From Azolla caroliniana (lineage: Eukaryota > Plantae > Polypodiophyta): a DNA stretch of 64,000 nt. The notes beneath the pieces are model-generated. The model worked only from the letters and a program-made list of their open reading frames with translations, was not told the origin of the DNA and searched no databases. The stretch lies in the NCBI GenBank assembly GCA_043228905.1, contig JBHGNT010000012.1, positions 7,750,001 to 7,814,000 of the forward strand, given 5' to 3'. The position numbers were made by a program, and so were the translations under genes. Below, piece by piece: positions 35,301-49,091 of this stretch (within the stretch, counting starts at the first letter, position 1; every line of letters begins with the position of its first letter).

Positions 35301-36787
35301 GAGTAGTTTCATGCGTTTAATATTCATGCTCATGTAAAAGATTTTGTAAACTTATTTGGACCAGTTCAAAACCTGCTGGTGCTGATGATGATGGCATTAT
35401 GCGGCCTGTTTACTTTCCGTCGAGCTCTTGTGGAACAACCATAGGATGCCAGGTGAATTGTTTCTTCTTAGAAATGAATCTGATGTTATATGACATAGCA
35501 TTAATTATTTAGGTTTATTTTTGAGCTAATTAGGTGGCACTTCTAGTGAAACAAAACAAAGGTTTTTTTTTCTGTTTAAGTTTTCTCTTTTTAGTGATTT
35601 TTTGGTTTCTTTGATGGTACAATCGAATCTTTTTAGGCATTAACCCTTTAGCTGATGATTGGTGAAGAGTAATGATGTTTTGCCACTTCTGACTGTGCGT
35701 GTTATGAAATTGATCTTGTAGTTTTGTTTTGGTATAATTTGTGCTAGTATAGAACAATAGGGATTTCCTGTCTTTTTGTTGTAAACAAACCTTTGGTTTA
35801 TAAATGGTGTTATATCATAGTGTGAACTGCTTGGGCAATACGGAGTGGTATTATTTCACTTTTTGTTTTGTTTTTCCTGGTAATCAATTTAAGCTATGTA
35901 TTGCCAAAAATGATTGTTTACTGTCTCCAAAGTCATAAACATAACTGATCAGTGGTTTTTGGCAGCACAACTATGATTATTGGTTATTTTATGTTTCTAT
36001 ACCTCCAAGCTGAAGTGAGTAATATGTATTAAATTGATGGATGAGTGTGTTTTTCTTTCAGGAGGACGGTATCAGGAAGTTGGATATGGATTTTAATACT
36101 TATGTGCACTCAAAAGAATGTAATGGGATCAATCACCAAGCTCGGTCAGTCCTCTCTATTCCTTCACCAGGTGGATGCACGTGCCATATAAATAATGGTC
36201 ATCAAGTGAATGGACTAACAAGAAGAGTATCGGTTAACTCTCTTCAAAAACATGGACCATTGATTCCGTCGGGCTATGCTCCATCCCTTATACAATCAAA
36301 TAGTTATGCTTCGAGTAGCCGATTTGAGGATAAAGCCAAGATTAGGGCGCTTATGGAGAGTCGAGGTTTGAAGAAGGAACCCGGATGGAGCCGTATAGAA
36401 ATTCAAGGCCAACTAAACACTTTCCTCGTTGACGATCGTTCGCACCCAAGAAACCAAGAGATCCGTGCTGAGCTTCAGAGGATGCTTGGTCTTATGAAAG
36501 AAGCTGGTTATGTGGCTGATATTCGATGTGTTTTGCGTGATATACCAGACTCAGAGAAAGAAAATGCTCTTCAACATCATAGTGAGAGACTTGCCATGGC
36601 GCTTGGCCACATAAGCTTGCCACCAAGAGCTCCACTAAGGGTCATTAAGAATCTTCGAGTGTGCAATGATTGCCATGTAGCTACCAAATACTTTGCCTAT
36701 ATATGTAAGAGGGAGATCATTGTACGTGATGCTACTCGATTTCATCACTTCAAGGAAGGATACTGCTCATGTGGAGATTATTGGTGA
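32374..36787 (+). CDS. PPR-less E2/E+/DYW cytidine-deaminase-domain protein (~275 aa); predicted exons 32374-32387, 35365-35452, 36062-36787
   Basis: Last exon encodes SNSYASSSRFEDKAKIRALMESRG (E2-like), KKEPGWSRIEI (PG box), HSERLA, KNLRVCNDCH, RFHHFKEGYCSCGDYW. GT-AG joins give one frame, MATTSSKPAGADDD...GCQ/EDGIRK. DYW domain is certain; 5' exons are predicted. Confidence 0.8.
33880..34250. repeat. ~198-bp tandem duplication inside the DYW-gene intron
   Basis: GTGARTATTTCCYAAATAACATGTTTAATATGCAAT...GGTCTAGGACAT repeats at ~33882 and ~34080; weaker related copies near 33560-33790 and 34700-34900. Confidence 0.85.
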
Positions 36788-39142
36788 AATTCTGACCAGG
36801 CTCAAAATCTTGTGCCCCTCGTCTTATATTGAGTTATGAAGTCATGTTTAGGAGAAAGCTTTCATTTTCCACGACGCTTCTTGACTTTGTAGGTAGATTG
36901 AAACTTTGAATGATAACCCACTTGATCTTCAAGCTAAAACCTTACTTTGTCACTGTCTCGAAAGCTTTAATTTTTCTCTGCTGTCTAAATTGCCCAAAAC
37001 TTCTGTAACCGATGTAGTTTTTGAGTTGAAACCTGAACTCTTATTTGAATATAATAGTGGTGAAGTGTCCGAGTGTTGGTGCGATGAAGCTTGGTGCTTT
37101 GCAAAGCTTGGCTGAAGCTTGCTTGAAGGGTTTGGGTTTTGCTAGTATAATATGTAGTTTTCATTTTGAAGAGGTTTACTTTGTCTTTTAGTTACTTATC
37201 AGTAAGAAATCACTTGAGACATTGTGCACATGATGATGTTTTGAAAGTGATTGTGCAATGTGTCTGTCGTTTACTTCAAAACTAACGATACATTTCGTTT
37301 TATTAATGTACTGAATGATAATACGAAATGTTGCATGGAGCTTACAAGTGGTAACTGATTTTTCTTTTGTTCCTCTATGCTGAGGTTTTATTAGGTATTT
37401 TGAAATGCTTTGTTTGCTGAGGGAAAAATGTATATGGATGATCTGTCATGCGAGTTATGCATTGTAAAATTCACTCTAGCTGTAGTAGAACCACACAATA
37501 ATATAAATAGGATGGCACAATTGGAGAGGTGCTACACAACCTTTAAAGTTGTAGTTTCAAGTATCTAGAATTGGGCATTGGATTGTAAAATTCCTTGGTT
37601 TGATGAGACAAATATAATACTTGAGAGTATGACAACACCTTCAATACATATGAACTCCTTATCTCTTTGTGGCTGAACCTAGATTATATAGGGGTCTCTT
37701 TCAAAATATTTATCAATACTCATGCCACTCCCCTTATGAACCTAACACAAGTATTTAACAGAGGTATTGAACATCTGGCATTAACACAGCAAATAAATAC
37801 AGACAATTGAACAATGTTTCCAAATGAATGAATACAAGTGCCAAATATTTGCCTCAATACAAGTATTGACAAGTTAAATGCAAGTGTATTTGCATACAAC
37901 AAAGGCATATTCACTTGGATACAATGATATTATGAAACAATATACAAGTATTAACAAACCACTCTTTGTATATGTGGCTACAACATGTGTGCGCATATTT
38001 TGTGCATTGGTAGGGAATCCTAAACCAGATGTCTAAGCAAATATTGTGCATTAACTAAGGTTAGGGGATCCTAAACTAAATACTTTTTAAGTGGTTTAGG
38101 GTTTATGGAATCTAAGAATTTAATTTTTCCTCATTGGGATGTATATATATATGCTAGGCTCAGCTGAAAAAGGTCTAGATCAACTTGTTGGACCCCTTGC
38201 ATGTCAATAAGTTTAGACTATCTGGTACTAATTGCATGTCAAAATCTAAATGAGCTTAAATAGCTTCACAATATTGCTAAAATACTATTGTCTAATATAT
38301 GTGCGAATTGGTATTATAAGGAAATGTGCAATATATGTGTTTTCTATTATGTCTATTGATGGTTGATTCATCACTATCTATGGCACATGAGATTAATTTG
38401 CCTTCTATGTTCAGCCAGACGGCATTGCATCGGCACAATGCCTTCTGGTCACGAGAGCATACAACCTTGGTTAAAAAACACAGATTTCCTGTCATCTTTG
38501 GATGTGAATATGACCTACAAAATTGAGAGAGAGACATTTTTATATAGCATTTCTGGAACTGAGTAGTGACCCTTGATGTTCAAGAATTAAGCAGTTACTT
38601 TCGAGAGACACATTACACAGATAGATTGTAAATTTAATCAAATGTAAGACACGTTTCAATGATTAAGTTATGGTTATTTCTTTTATCACATGTAAGACTT
38701 GTAAACAATTTGTAATTTCATCCACAAAAAAAGAAGAAGCATTGCTGCGTAAAAGAAGGATGTTCCTCAACTCTAATCACAATGTTTGGTTTCCTTGAAT
38801 CACAATGTAAAGCTTTCAATCACATGAAAATGATGTAGTCATATGAAAATCATCACTCAGTGTTATAGAAGGATGCGGTCTAAGAAAGGGTTTCCCATAA
38901 GAAACAGATTATGTAAGCTAAGAAAGACTTCCATCGAGGGATGAAGTTTCCTTGTTCTCATTCATACATTCAGAGAAAGACAAATTATGATACTCATGAA
39001 ACATTTCCTGCAAATTAAACATTAAACTAATACACCCACACTCACAAACATACACTTTTCATTGCCTTGTTACCAAGAGAATCCTTTTCCAAAGGTGCCC
39101 AAATGAAGCTTGCCATTAGCTTAGTTATTGGTTAATACCTCA

Positions 39143-41870
39143 TCATGCCAGATTAGCAAGACCAAAAGATCTTTCAACGGCAAAGGTCCATGATTTGTAA
39201 CGACTTTCTCTCTCTTCTTCACTTGTTTTTGGATAGAACATAGTGATGTTCGTGTTTGTATCACTGCTAGCAAATATAGTTTCTTCGGTCCAAACCCCCA
39301 CGGCTAAACCAGCTGCATATGCTGCCCCTAACGCAGTGGTCTCTATATCCGCTGGCCTTAACACTGGTGAGCCTAGTAGATCCGCCTGTTAAACACAAAG
39401 CATTAAGATTAAAACAACTGTTAAAAGCATTGAGTAATGAATTTTAGAAGCTTTACCTCACATTGTTAAAATAAATTATTCACATGTTCCTACGATTTAA
39501 CACGACATGAATAGTTATTTGAAATATTAATACAAGTATTTAAGATTGATAACCAAATTTGATCACTGAGATTTCGTAGCTTCATGCTGATGAGTTTAAA
39601 TCCCTTATTCATATGTATCAACATTAACCACAAGATTAGATCACTGCACTTTAGTTCTCTTTCTTATCCCATTTTTAAGGCCTATGAGACTACAAAGCTC
39701 CAAACCAATTAAAATCCATAATGCCACAAAATCTTAAGAGGGATAAAGGCTTTAAAATAACAATAACAAAACTCAATGCAAAAATACCTGCAGTTGCATG
39801 AGTAGATTATTCACAGTAGCTCCTCCATCGACACGAAGAAGGAAATCCCCCTTGGACTGAGCATCAGCATGCATAGCTTTCAACACTTCCTTAGCTTGAA
39901 AGCACATACTCTCTAATGTAGCTCGAGCAATGTGACCTCTATTAGTAAACCGGGTAATCCCAATGCACACACCTCTAGCATCATCTCTCCACCAAGGGGC
40001 AAACAAACCATTAAAAGCAGGCACAAAGTAAACACCGCCGGAGTTTGGAACAGTATTTGCTAGCTCTTCAATCTCACTTGCGGTTTTGATGATACCTAAA
40101 CTATCTCTCAACCATTGCACTGCTGCTCCAGCTATGGCAATTGATCCTTCGAGGGCATAGTTGGTTAATGCATTTGCACCCAATTTATATGCAATTGTAG
40201 TCAGTAAACCATGTTGAGATGAAACTATCTTCTCACCAGTGTTCAGTAAGATAAAACAACCTGTGCCATAAGTACTCTTTCCTTCTCCCACTCTGCATTT
40301 CTGACCCAATGTCGCAGCATGCTGATCACCTAGGCATCCCGCGATGGGGACCCCTTCTAATGGCCATCCTTCCACAATTCCACCCACAATCTCTGAATTG
40401 CTCACAATCTTTGGTAATATTTCTTCTGGAATGCTAAGTTCTTCTAGTGTCGGCTTGTGCCAATTTAAAGAACGCAAATCCATGAGCATAGTTCTGGCTG
40501 CATTCGAGCAGTCAGTGACATGAACCCCTTGATTTACCCCTCCAGTTAAGTTCCATATAAGCCATGAGTCCACAGTGCCAAAGAGAGCATCTTTGTTCTC
40601 TATTGCTACTTTCACTTCAGGAACATTTTCAATGAGCCAAATCAGCTTCAGTGCACTAAAATAGGTACTTATCGGAAGACCGCATACATTTACGAAATGT
40701 GTAGCACCTCCACTGAGCTTTGCCTCTACGCGTCGACAAATAGAGCTATTGCGAACATCCATCCAAACAATGGCATTGTACAGAGGTTTCCCAGTGCTCT
40801 TACTCCAGACGATAGTTGTCTCTCGTTGGTTTGTGATCCCTATAGCCTTTAATGACTTATCCACACACTTCCCTGCTGCTTTGGCTTTTTCCAATGCTTT
40901 TTCCATGCATATCTGGGCAGTTTGTAAGATTTCCATGGGGTCATGCTCAACCCATCTACAATGATACAATATATTGAATCATCAGTTCCGTTGTCTGGAA
41001 GAATAATCATGGCAGACATAAAATCGCAATTGCATGCATTCACTTCATGTTGCGTTCTTATATAACTGCAAAACATGTTAGATACAAAATATGCTTGAAA
41101 GGTAACATGTGTTTATGGGAATAGAGAAAACAAGGTTCATGTACAGGCATATTTTTTCTAGGTAGGAACAGTTCATTACACATATTTCCTCTACATTTTG
41201 ATGATAAATATAGAATCATGACACATGTAATTGTCACAGGTTTAATGGTCATAAATATATTTGGCATAAGAATGTGTAGCATGAAAAAAGGATGAGACAC
41301 ATGTTTCGTTCACATTAATCCTGAATCAAGAAACATGTCGTGGGGGCTGAGGGATGAAACATGTTCCATATAATCTTGAAATTTAAGAAAATATAAGGAA
41401 GACTGTCACGCGTAATGGCCATATGTTCTTTTTCCTGGATAAGTCTGTAACATGTAATGAATTCTCCTAGGGTTTCATGGAAGTGAGACAAGTTTATGAA
41501 GACTGCGATATGAAGCAGATGCCATTAAACTTCAAAGGGTACGAAGGTTGAGTCATGGTTACGAATCTGTAATATGTAAATTTCGCAGATTCTATGGCTA
41601 GGGAAGATGTAATATTCACAAGTTTTATGGCTAGATTAAACTGTTAAAAAAGTAACGATCACAGGTTTCATAGCCAGATGGGGGAGCTAAGCATTCATGG
41701 AGATGATGGAGAAGGAGGAGGCTTAAGATTACGGCATATTATTACCCAGGTTGAGGACAGATCTGAGAGAACTCGAGCTGATGGGAAGCAACAGGGGTAG
41801 CATTTGCGTCATAGATGATGAAACGCGTGGATGTGGTGCCCTGGTCCAGTGCTCCGATGAATTCCCCCAT
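39143..41870 (-). CDS. GLI1: Glycerol kinase (FGGY family), 511 aa; exons 41870-41746, 40955-39788, 39385-39143
   Basis: [49 protein letters not shown]; canonical GT-AG junctions with matching phases. Homologue of Arabidopsis GLI1/NHO1 and bacterial glpK. Confidence 0.96.
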
Positions 41871-44099
41871 GGCTCTCTCTCTCTCTCTCTCTCTCTTCTC
41901 TCAGACACAATATAGCACTCTCTTTCTTCTTCGTTCTTTCTTTCTTTCTTTCTCCTTCCCTTTCCTTTGATTCAATGCCTCTGATGCAGAAACTCACACT
42001 CTGTGTAAGGCCTCTCCTCTTTCCTCATTAATAGAAGCTGGATGCAGAAACTTAGGGTTGGCGCAAAGCAGAAATGATTAGGGTTGGTGGCGGATTTAAA
42101 GGCGATCCAGCAATCAACGACAAAGTCGGATAAGCGTTCAGTTTAAAAAGACTGAGTCAGATCCGAGTCTTCTGCAGCAGGAGGGCTTTTTAGGGTTTCT
42201 CTTTTCCCCTTTTTATTGTTACTTTCTTTCGATCTCCTTGGATGGGAGGTAGTTTTTCTTTGTCCTTTTCTGTTCTCTGCTACCGCGCCTCTGTTTCTGC
42301 TGGTTTCTGTCGTTTTCTTCTTCTTCTTCTTCTTCTTCTTCTGTCTGGCGATGGCGATGGCGATGGCGATGAGGATTCGAGGGTTTTGCGAAATTGCAGA
42401 GCCTACCCCTCCTCCGTGTCTACAAAATTGCTCTTGAGGTTTCACGGAATTCCCGAGCCTACCCCTCCCATCACAAAAAATTTCTTGACTTGACTTGCCT
42501 TGATTGATTTGACTTGACTTGACTTGACTTGACTTGATTGGACCCGTCCCGACCTCTGTGCTTGTCGCCCGCCCGACCCATACTTTCGGGGGCGTAGTTC
42601 GATAAATACATTTTCAAATTCTTGTATTCCTGATTGTAATTTGGATCAATTTTGAAGCTATCGTTGTTTTGGAAAATCATTGCACCCGTCGTGAAAATTT
42701 CCGACTCGGTCATAGTTACTCCAACCGTTGTTGGAGTTGTTTCTATCGTTAAAGACTAGGAGGGTGACACGAAGCACACTCCATGATTTCGGTTATGCTG
42801 TCAAGTGGATAAGCAAAGCGCATCCCTACGATTATTGGTGATGATTTAATCCTTGTTTAGAGTTCTTGAAAGCTAGTGCAACGTGCGAAGAATTCTATAA
42901 ATGATGTGTAATGTCCTTGTTTGAGAGGCATTCCAAGATGACACACTCTTCTAATTCTCATACATTTAGACAACTACCATAAATAGGGAGTCAATGCTTT
43001 GGCTTCTTATACATACATCATTAGCTTTTCGTGGGGTTCCTTTCATTGACATTTTTATGTAACTCCTTTTATGGCTCTTTATGGGACCTCCGACCCACAC
43101 ATAAAGGCCATATATGCAAGTGCCTTCTTTAGTGGGAGGTCAAACTAGATTGTCCCATAACTCTCTCCACATGGATGCTTTATGTGACTGGCTTCCAAAA
43201 CAAATTGTAGTTTAGGCTATAAATACTATGCATAAAGTAGTAAACTTTATTCAAAATTAGGACCCAAATTTTCATTCTTACGTTAGATTTAGATTACCTT
43301 TATTGACATTGTTTTTAGCATACAAATAGACAAGTCCAAAATTTGTTTAGTGTCAAAATAAGCCCATATTTAGTCTATTAACTAACTCAACTTTGTTTTC
43401 TTAATCAATATATGTGACACATGTTTAGTTTTTCGAGAAAAGTCAATGTAGGTTTGGAGATGACTAGTTACGAATGATTAAGTACTAGAGATGGTTTATG
43501 GCAATACTAGCTCTAATGACAATGTGATTAAATAAAACAAGAAGTAATTGCACTATTAGAGAAACATAAGACTATACTATGATATGTTATATTGAAGGAT
43601 AAAAAGGATAGACGGTGATGTATGGTGTACACTGATAAAGATGTTTAAAGTATCCATAGGAGGTTGTCATTTAACACAAATATTAACAATATCTAAAGGA
43701 TGATTACTTCTAGACTTAGCATCATAATAGCAACCATGCAAATACAATACTTATCACACACATCACTACTTACACCCTACTATATGTATCATTCACATAA
43801 AGGTTTATTGGCCCGATTTAAACACTATACCCAACTATCGGAGGGGTGCTCAAGCTCAATATGATGCCCCAAGATTCAACACTTTGATAAAATTTCTTTG
43901 GTACACAACACTATGATTTCAAGTTTTAGATAAGATAACTTGGGGCACATATTTTCATTCCTTTTTATTTGCAATATTCAACCAACTTTTGGTTCATATT
44001 TTTTAATGCATGGATAGTTTGAGAGAGAAAGAGATTCATAGATAAATTTTATGATCATCTTGAGTGTCTTAGTTATTTCAACCCACAATGTGAAATCAC

Positions 44100-44402
44100 T
44101 CATATAAGGGAAACAATGGAAAAAATAAATAAAGGTTGAATAGACAAAAAATTATGTATTATTTTACGGAGAACAAGATTCAAACCCTACACCTCTACTT
44201 TATAAAGCATTAGATTTACCAATCACGTAATTCATCTTAAGTAGAAAATAAATAGAAACATAAATAGAGATCTATTAAATATATTTATTAAAGGTACTTT
44301 GTATTATGGCATGACGTGCTAAAATGATATATTTCATAGAAATAGAAAACTCATATAGAATATCCATGCGGAAGAAAAGCATTAGAGAAGCTTCTTGTTT
44401 TT

Positions 44403-44439
<37 letters not shown>

Positions 44440-46070
44440 TCTATGTTTGTCGTTTAAGGATTTCCGAATTATTTACATGGTATCAGAGTGCAAGGGTTGA
44501 GTCTGATCCCCTGCAACGGCTTTCTTGTACACAAAAACAAGTAAACGACCAACACCAAAGAAGATGGAGAAGAACATGGGAAGTGCACTGCCGAGTGAGA
44601 AGTTGGAGTGCAACAACTACACATCCTGGTAGTACAAGGTGCACTAGTACTTGCTTGGGCATGGATACTGGAGTTATATTGAGGGAGTGAATAAAGTAGC
44701 AACATAGTCGACACATAAGGACTTCCCAACTTAAGAACATGCAGGAAGTAGAGTGCTTTACTGCTTGCATCCTGTGTGCACGACCAAATGTTGGGCTACA
44801 TCAGAGATGCCAAGATGCCGAAAGTGGCTTGGGAAAATCTGAAGAAGATTTTCGTTGTTGGCACTACGGTAAAAAATCTACAGCTCAAGCAAGAGCTCAA
44901 TAACGTTCGACAAAAGGACATGTTCGTGGCCGACTACACTACTAAAATCAAGGACATCTGCGACTCATTAGGCTTCATCAATGTAAAAGTGGACGAAGAC
45001 AAAATGGTGTAGATATGTCTAGGAGGTCTAGTGCATGATCCGAACCACTATATGCACGAGGGAGGAGCCATCCTCATCCTTCGACTTACAATCAATGCTG
45101 ATGGTTGAAGAAAACCATGCAGGGATGACAAGGAGTGCGTTCTCTGATGGCCAAATGTTGTACACTGAGGCAGATCGCCCTTGTGGTCATGGTCTTGCAC
45201 CCATGATGACCGAAATGGACAGAGGCTGAATACAATGGTCAATGGGAGTTAGGGACCCACCACAAGAAAGGGGAGTCATCAGAACAAGTCGATCGATTGC
45301 TAGTACTATGGCAAGAAGGGCCACAAGGAAGACGAGTGTTGGAAAAAGCAGGCCGATTTGGGTAGAGCCGAAACCAACGACCGACAAAAGCCGCACTATG
45401 TTTGTAACACGACATGATCGAGAGGCGACCCCATGCTTGTCATGAAGCATCAGGCCAACTCAATGGAAGCAAGCACCTCAACACAAGGAGAGGTGTGGTT
45501 CGTCAACTAAGGAGTTTCTAACCATATGATGAACCATGAAGAATGGTTCAACACTTTGAAGAAGCCTAAACAGTCGGGGTTCATGGAGACCGATGATGAC
45601 ACCATCCACACAATCGAGCACATCGGAGATGTCCCTCTGAGTCATGTCGGCTAGAGAGGATGTATGACGAATGTCTTGAATGTGCCGACAATCCCCAAGA
45701 ATTTGGTGTCGGTTAGACAGATTGTCGACCAAGCATGCAAGTGCGATTCAATCACGACGAATGCTTCATTGAAAATGGTGATAATGTAATTGCAGGAGGA
45801 CACAAAGAATGATAGATGTTCATGCTGGACACCAATGATGTTGGACCGCTATATATACCAAGGGACAGAAAGTTGAATCACATATCAAGTTGTGGCACAA
45901 GCGGTTCAGCCACATCAACTTCCTGAAACTCTAAGACATGCAATCAAAGCAAGTTGTATTCGATTTACCGAAATTTAGTGGCAAAAAAAGAAAAACTTGT
46001 GAAGCATGTTAGCTTGGAAAGAAATATTGGCATTCGTTTCCCAATGAGCGCAATTGGAGTAGCAACAAGC
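44100..46070 (+). mobile_element. Decayed Ty1/Copia B3 (LTR end, PBS, gag-protease), truncated
   Basis: LTR ends ...TTTACA at 44477, PBS TGGTATCAGAG from 44478; HDQMLGYIRDAKMPKVAWENLKKIF matches B2 gag. LTR start not resolved. Confidence 0.85.
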
Positions 46071-46195
46071 TGTAGAATATTTGATTGGCCACAAGCGATT
46101 CTCAAGCACAAGAGGGAAAGAAGGAACATAGAATTTAACACAGAAATAGATGCACCAACACAGAGACACGAGATGTTAACGTGGAAAACCCTATA
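46071..46195 (-). repeat. LTR (U5-end) fragment of a Tork-like Copia interrupting B3
   Basis: Begins TGTAG where B3 homology stops and shares ACGTGGAAAACCCTA with the Copia A LTR (3047-3061). Confidence 0.55.
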
Positions 46196-46614
46196 TGTTT
46201 TGAAGAGCGATCCATCATGGGTTCGAATCCTATCCTGGTCGCCAAAATTAGTGTTATAAGTTTAGGGTTAGGGTTATGGATGAAATGTTGATTATTGATG
46301 ATGGAGATGGTGTTGAATATTGATAAGCATTGCGGGGTGGGGGGTGGTGTGTACAATGGCTCCAACCCCCTCTAGAGGGGGTTCAACGTAAGGGAGGGAG
46401 GGAGGGACGAAGAGAGAGAGATTGAGAGAGAACTTATTTCATTATTCATTCATTCCCCATAAGAGGGATAAATAGTTACAATGAGGTTAGATTCATAGGG
46501 CTACATGCCCCTTTAGCCATCCACACTTAAGACTCACTCACACCCTTTCCTATCTATCCACACTCACTCATATACTCACACTCGTAATTGTATACATTAC
46601 GCATTGATACAACA
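46196..46614 (-). mobile_element. 419-bp solo-LTR-like insertion with 5-bp TSD, containing a tRNA 3'-end copy
   Basis: TGTT...AACA termini flanked by CTATA at 46191-46195 and 46615-46619. Orientation inferred from the PBS-like motif. Confidence 0.8.
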
Positions 46615-47934
46615 CTATAATCTTCCACTGTTACGGGCAGGACCACATAATATCCCGTGGTGAGAATTTACTGTAGTATTCTATACATGTGGATAAAGTG
46701 TGAGGGTTAAACGAGAATGTAAAGAAGGGGATGATTACTTTTAATCCTCGGGATTGAGACAACCCATTAGGCGAAGTGTGAACTTGCATGGGGGCCTTAG
46801 GTTTGGCAATAAATATGAGGCCTAACTACCCTCATTTGATCATCTTTTGACTACATCGAGACTTTGACGTTGTGGTGGATCAACTCTTGTAGCAAGCGCG
46901 CCATCACCAGGTATGACTCGACGCCACGACAGTGGTATGGGATGTTGATCGAGGCTCGAGTTCGTCTCGATCCCTTCGTTTAGGGATGGTCGGGTGGATC
47001 GGCAACCTTCTTTCTCTCTCTCCTATTGAGAAAATGCTACGAGAGCTGAAGATCGGTGGGGATGACTTCCTTTTGCTGGCAAAAGAGGACTGGTTTAAGA
47101 GGATGCTCGAGAGGCATGGGAAAACCTTCACATTCTCGCCGGGAGAGATCGGGTGCGTCAACCTGACCATTGTTGAACCGATGGTAATCTTCACGGTACC
47201 GCACGTACCGTGGATTCTCAAGCCGATTCAAGTACCAAGAGCTCACATCTCGAAGTTGATGGAACTTCTTAAGTAGAAAGTGGAGCTGGCATCCTCGAGC
47301 TGTCGAGTGCCCCTTACTCAAATCAGTGGTTTGTAGTACCAAAGAAGAACGGCTCATTGTGCTTCATTCAGGACTTGCAACCGGTCAATAAAATGACCAT
47401 TCACAATATGGGAGTTGGGCCATCAATCGACGAATTCGCAAAGGCCTTTATCGGAAGGTCCATATACTCGGTCAAGAACTTATACTTGGGGTACAACCAA
47501 TTTCAACTAGCCGTCGAAAGCAGGTACATCACGACGATGCGAACTCCTCTTGGCCTAGTTCAGATGTGTACCCTACCATAAGGAGGGACCAATTCAGTGG
47601 CACACATGGTGAATGCGATGGACAAAGTATTGAGGGACTGCATCCCGGACATCACCGTGTCATTCCTGGACGACATTCCTATCAAGGGGTGTCTGGTGGA
47701 CACAACGAACGAGTCGATCGGAGCAAACAGATGCCGAAGGTTTGTCGCGAACCACATCTCCGACTGCGAGAAGATACGATAGAGGCTTGAGGGCACTTGG
47801 TTTACCTTCTTTGGGGAGAAGTTGGCTTTCACGAAACTGGAGATCTTAGTGGTTGGCCACCTGTGCAGGCCATATGGCCGAAAACCGTCCCTAGTGAAGG
47901 CAGAGACCATCTCGGTCATGAAAGAAGAGTGCGG

Positions 47935-49091
47935 TGTCGTGAAGATTTTCGGCGATAGTGTGAAAATTGTGAGGAACATACAAAATCAAGTGTGGTTCTT
48001 CTCACAAGATATGAAACAATAATAGTAAAGATACTATTTTAAATAAGTTTAATATCTTGGTACGAAAAGATTGAGGTTTTTAAGAACTTTCGAATGCACT
48101 TTACTACATAAGAAATGGACAACTAAGTGTCAAGTTATGTGGGTATGAAGATTGCGAAGAAGAAGAGAAAAACAAAACTGTGAGATATCCCACATAGATA
48201 GGACAAATAAGGATCCCAGATTATATAAACAGACCAATATCTCTTCGTAATATATGTATGTGTTTGGAGCATAGAAAGGTTGAGTTGTATGACTTGATGA
48301 ATGGATGCAACCAAGTCCATTGGTTTTGGACGGATTTGGACGGAACCGGATCGGTGACCGGATGACGACGGAACCGAATCGGGATGCGGACCGGAAGGAA
48401 TTGGCTCAGGTTGCGGACCAGAAGGAACCGGATGGCATGCGGATCGGATGGACCGGACGAGAAGATTTATTGTGACGCATGATGTCTTGAAGTTTTTCGT
48501 TGTGAAACGAACAAAATAGTCGAGTTCTTTGGAGGACAAGTGAAGGTATATGCACTTAAACATTTGTAAAAACAAGACTAAAAAGCCTAGTAAAAACAAA
48601 TTTGTATACAAAGGGGTGCAAGTAAAAATTTGAACCTTGCACTTCCAAGTTGAAAGTCAATAGGCTTACCACTAAGCCAAGTCATCATATCTTCAAAAGT
48701 CTTACTTTGATCATTTTTTACATCTAAATTCTCATACATGAAAGCTTAAATGACGACATGGCAAACATGCATTGCATGCATGTTTTGCACCCTCACATGC
48801 ACAATATGCATGGGGGCATCTATAAAAGAGTGGAGGAATCACGCAAGAAAAATCTAATGAAAAATTTGGGAAAAATAAGAAACTTGTTATCTTATTGTTG
48901 ATGTATCTTGTCTCTCAAATCTAAAGTTACGTGTTTAATCTTTATCTCAATCTCTCTCTTTCTCCATATCAATCTCTCAATCTGTCTTAAATACTTTCTC
49001 GCTAAAGCTAGTACAAACTTCAAATCCTTCCGGTCTAGAACCCCGACGGTTCCGCCTCACGATTCGCACATAGTGACGGATTTTCACGACA
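47935..49091 (+). repeat. Solo LTR (1157 bp) inserted in the Gypsy RT/RNase H region
   Basis: Terminal inverted repeat TGTCGTGAA...TTCACGACA; host frame KEEC|...FVTDVWRFLG resumes after it; TATAAAA at ~48821. TSD not clean. Confidence 0.85.

Noticed and set aside
36041-36787. DYW domain as a U-to-C (DYW:KP) editor
   Set aside because: It has the PG box, HSE motif and DYW end of the C-to-U type.
42143-42713. Short ORFs upstream of glycerol kinase
   Set aside because: Low-complexity (TTC)n, (GGCGAT)n and (GACTT)n promoter/leader sequence with no protein signature.
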